From Planctomycetota bacterium (lineage in GTDB: Bacteria; Planctomycetota; UBA1135), in contig JALUUN010000461.1 of the NCBI GenBank assembly GCA_027021325.1, positions 1-32,837 on the forward strand: DNA of 32,837 nt. Reading direction: 5' to 3'. Shown here in pieces: positions 32,384 to 32,837 of the stretch. The position numbers and the translations under genes are program-made. The first letter of the stretch is position 1. Each line of letters begins with the position of its first letter. The notes below the pieces were generated by a model that saw only the letters and a list, made by a program, of their open reading frames with translations, had not been told where the DNA came from and searched no databases.

Positions 32384-32837
32384 GTGCCCTGGACGCCTGC
32401 GGCCCTGTCCCTGCTGCTGGCCGCCGTTTCCCTGCCGGCGGTCTCCCCTCGGCCGGCGCCTGCCCAGGAACCCGGCAACGGCCGGCACGAGCGCATCCTG
32501 GAGCGCTTCCGCAGCCTGCCCGAGGCCGATCAGGACCGGATCCTGGAACGCTTTCAGGAAGAGGCCCTGGATCTGGACTGCCCGACCTCCCGGGTCCTGA
32601 AGGAACTCGACGCCTGGCGCCGGGAGAACGGGATCCGCACGCTGGATGCCGAGCCCTCCAGGAACTTCGAGGCCGACCGCTACGCACCGGCGCTGCGCCT
32701 GAAGACCCGGATCCTCGAAGCCGGCGACCGGGCCTGGAGACTCCAGGTCGAGAGACTGTTCGCCGATCTGCCGGTCCCCGACCCCTACCGGACCTGGAGC
32801 TGGAGTTTCGGCCGCAGCGCCCTCATCCACCCGGCCG
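32384..32837 (+). CDS. Hypothetical secreted protein, N-terminal fragment (3' end lies outside the window)
   Basis: Not in the ORF track because there is no stop in the window. I translated it myself from the GTG at 32384: VPWTPAALSLLLAAVSLPAVSPRPAPAQEPGNGRHERILERFRSLPEADQDRILERFQEEALDL... It has a signal-like N-terminus, balanced composition and G/C-rich third positions. The competing track ORFs are Arg/Pro/Gly-rich. Confidence 0.5.
   Translation, partial: MPWTPAALSLLLAAVSLPAVSPRPAPAQEPGNGRHERILERFRSLPEADQDRILERFQEEALDLDCPTSRVLKELDAWRRENGIRTLDAEPSRNFEADRYAPALRLKTRILEAGDRAWRLQVERLFADLPVPDPYRTWSWSFGRSALIHPA

Noticed and set aside
32292-32830. Track ORFs 32292..32600 (+), 31820..32830 (-) and 32325..32687 (-) at the right edge
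   Set aside because: They are Arg/Pro/Gly/Cys-rich. The untracked open-ended frame from the GTG at 32384 gives a signal peptide, balanced composition and G/C-rich third positions, so it is the better model.
1-32837. Search by eye for CRISPR arrays, IS/transposase or integrase genes, tRNA/rRNA genes, toxin-antitoxin pairs and known defence-system hallmarks
   Set aside because: No spaced direct repeats were seen. No non-coding gap large enough remains unexplained; the largest are 366, 254 and 190 nt. No recombinase, nuclease or ATPase signatures were seen in any supported ORF.

Overview
Very GC-rich (third codon positions are almost all G/C), densely packed bacterial chromosome segment. It appears to come from a diderm organism, since BamD-like and LptE-like lipoproteins are present. 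I support 28 protein-coding genes, two of them cut by the window edges and absent from the ORF track. I see no rRNA, tRNA, CRISPR array or mobile element. Content from left to right: (1) a small carbohydrate locus with a FucI-like isomerase, a DUF962 protein, a Tat-exported xylose-isomerase-like TIM barrel and two tandem secreted GH39-like hydrolases. (2) A long minus-strand block: hutI-like, a large secreted PHP-domain protein, thiolase, two cyclophilins, crotonase, thiolase, a domain-permuted aconitase-family dehydratase, a TtuC/DmlA-type dehydrogenase, a CPBP protease and SixA. (3) A plus-strand housekeeping supra-operon, corC-recO-bamD-like-lptE-like-ftsH-folP-cdaA-cdaR-glmM-tsaB, chained by ATGA/GTGA overlaps. 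(4) A small histone-fold-like gene with a Lys/Arg-rich N-terminal tail. I do not see a clear new multi-gene system such as a defence island. The most unusual items are the tailed bacterial histone-like protein, the permuted aconitase/TDH pair, the PHP protein, and two palindromic intergenic elements. The many long antisense ORFs in the track are GC artefacts. All family assignments rest on motif recognition by eye and need HMM or structure confirmation.
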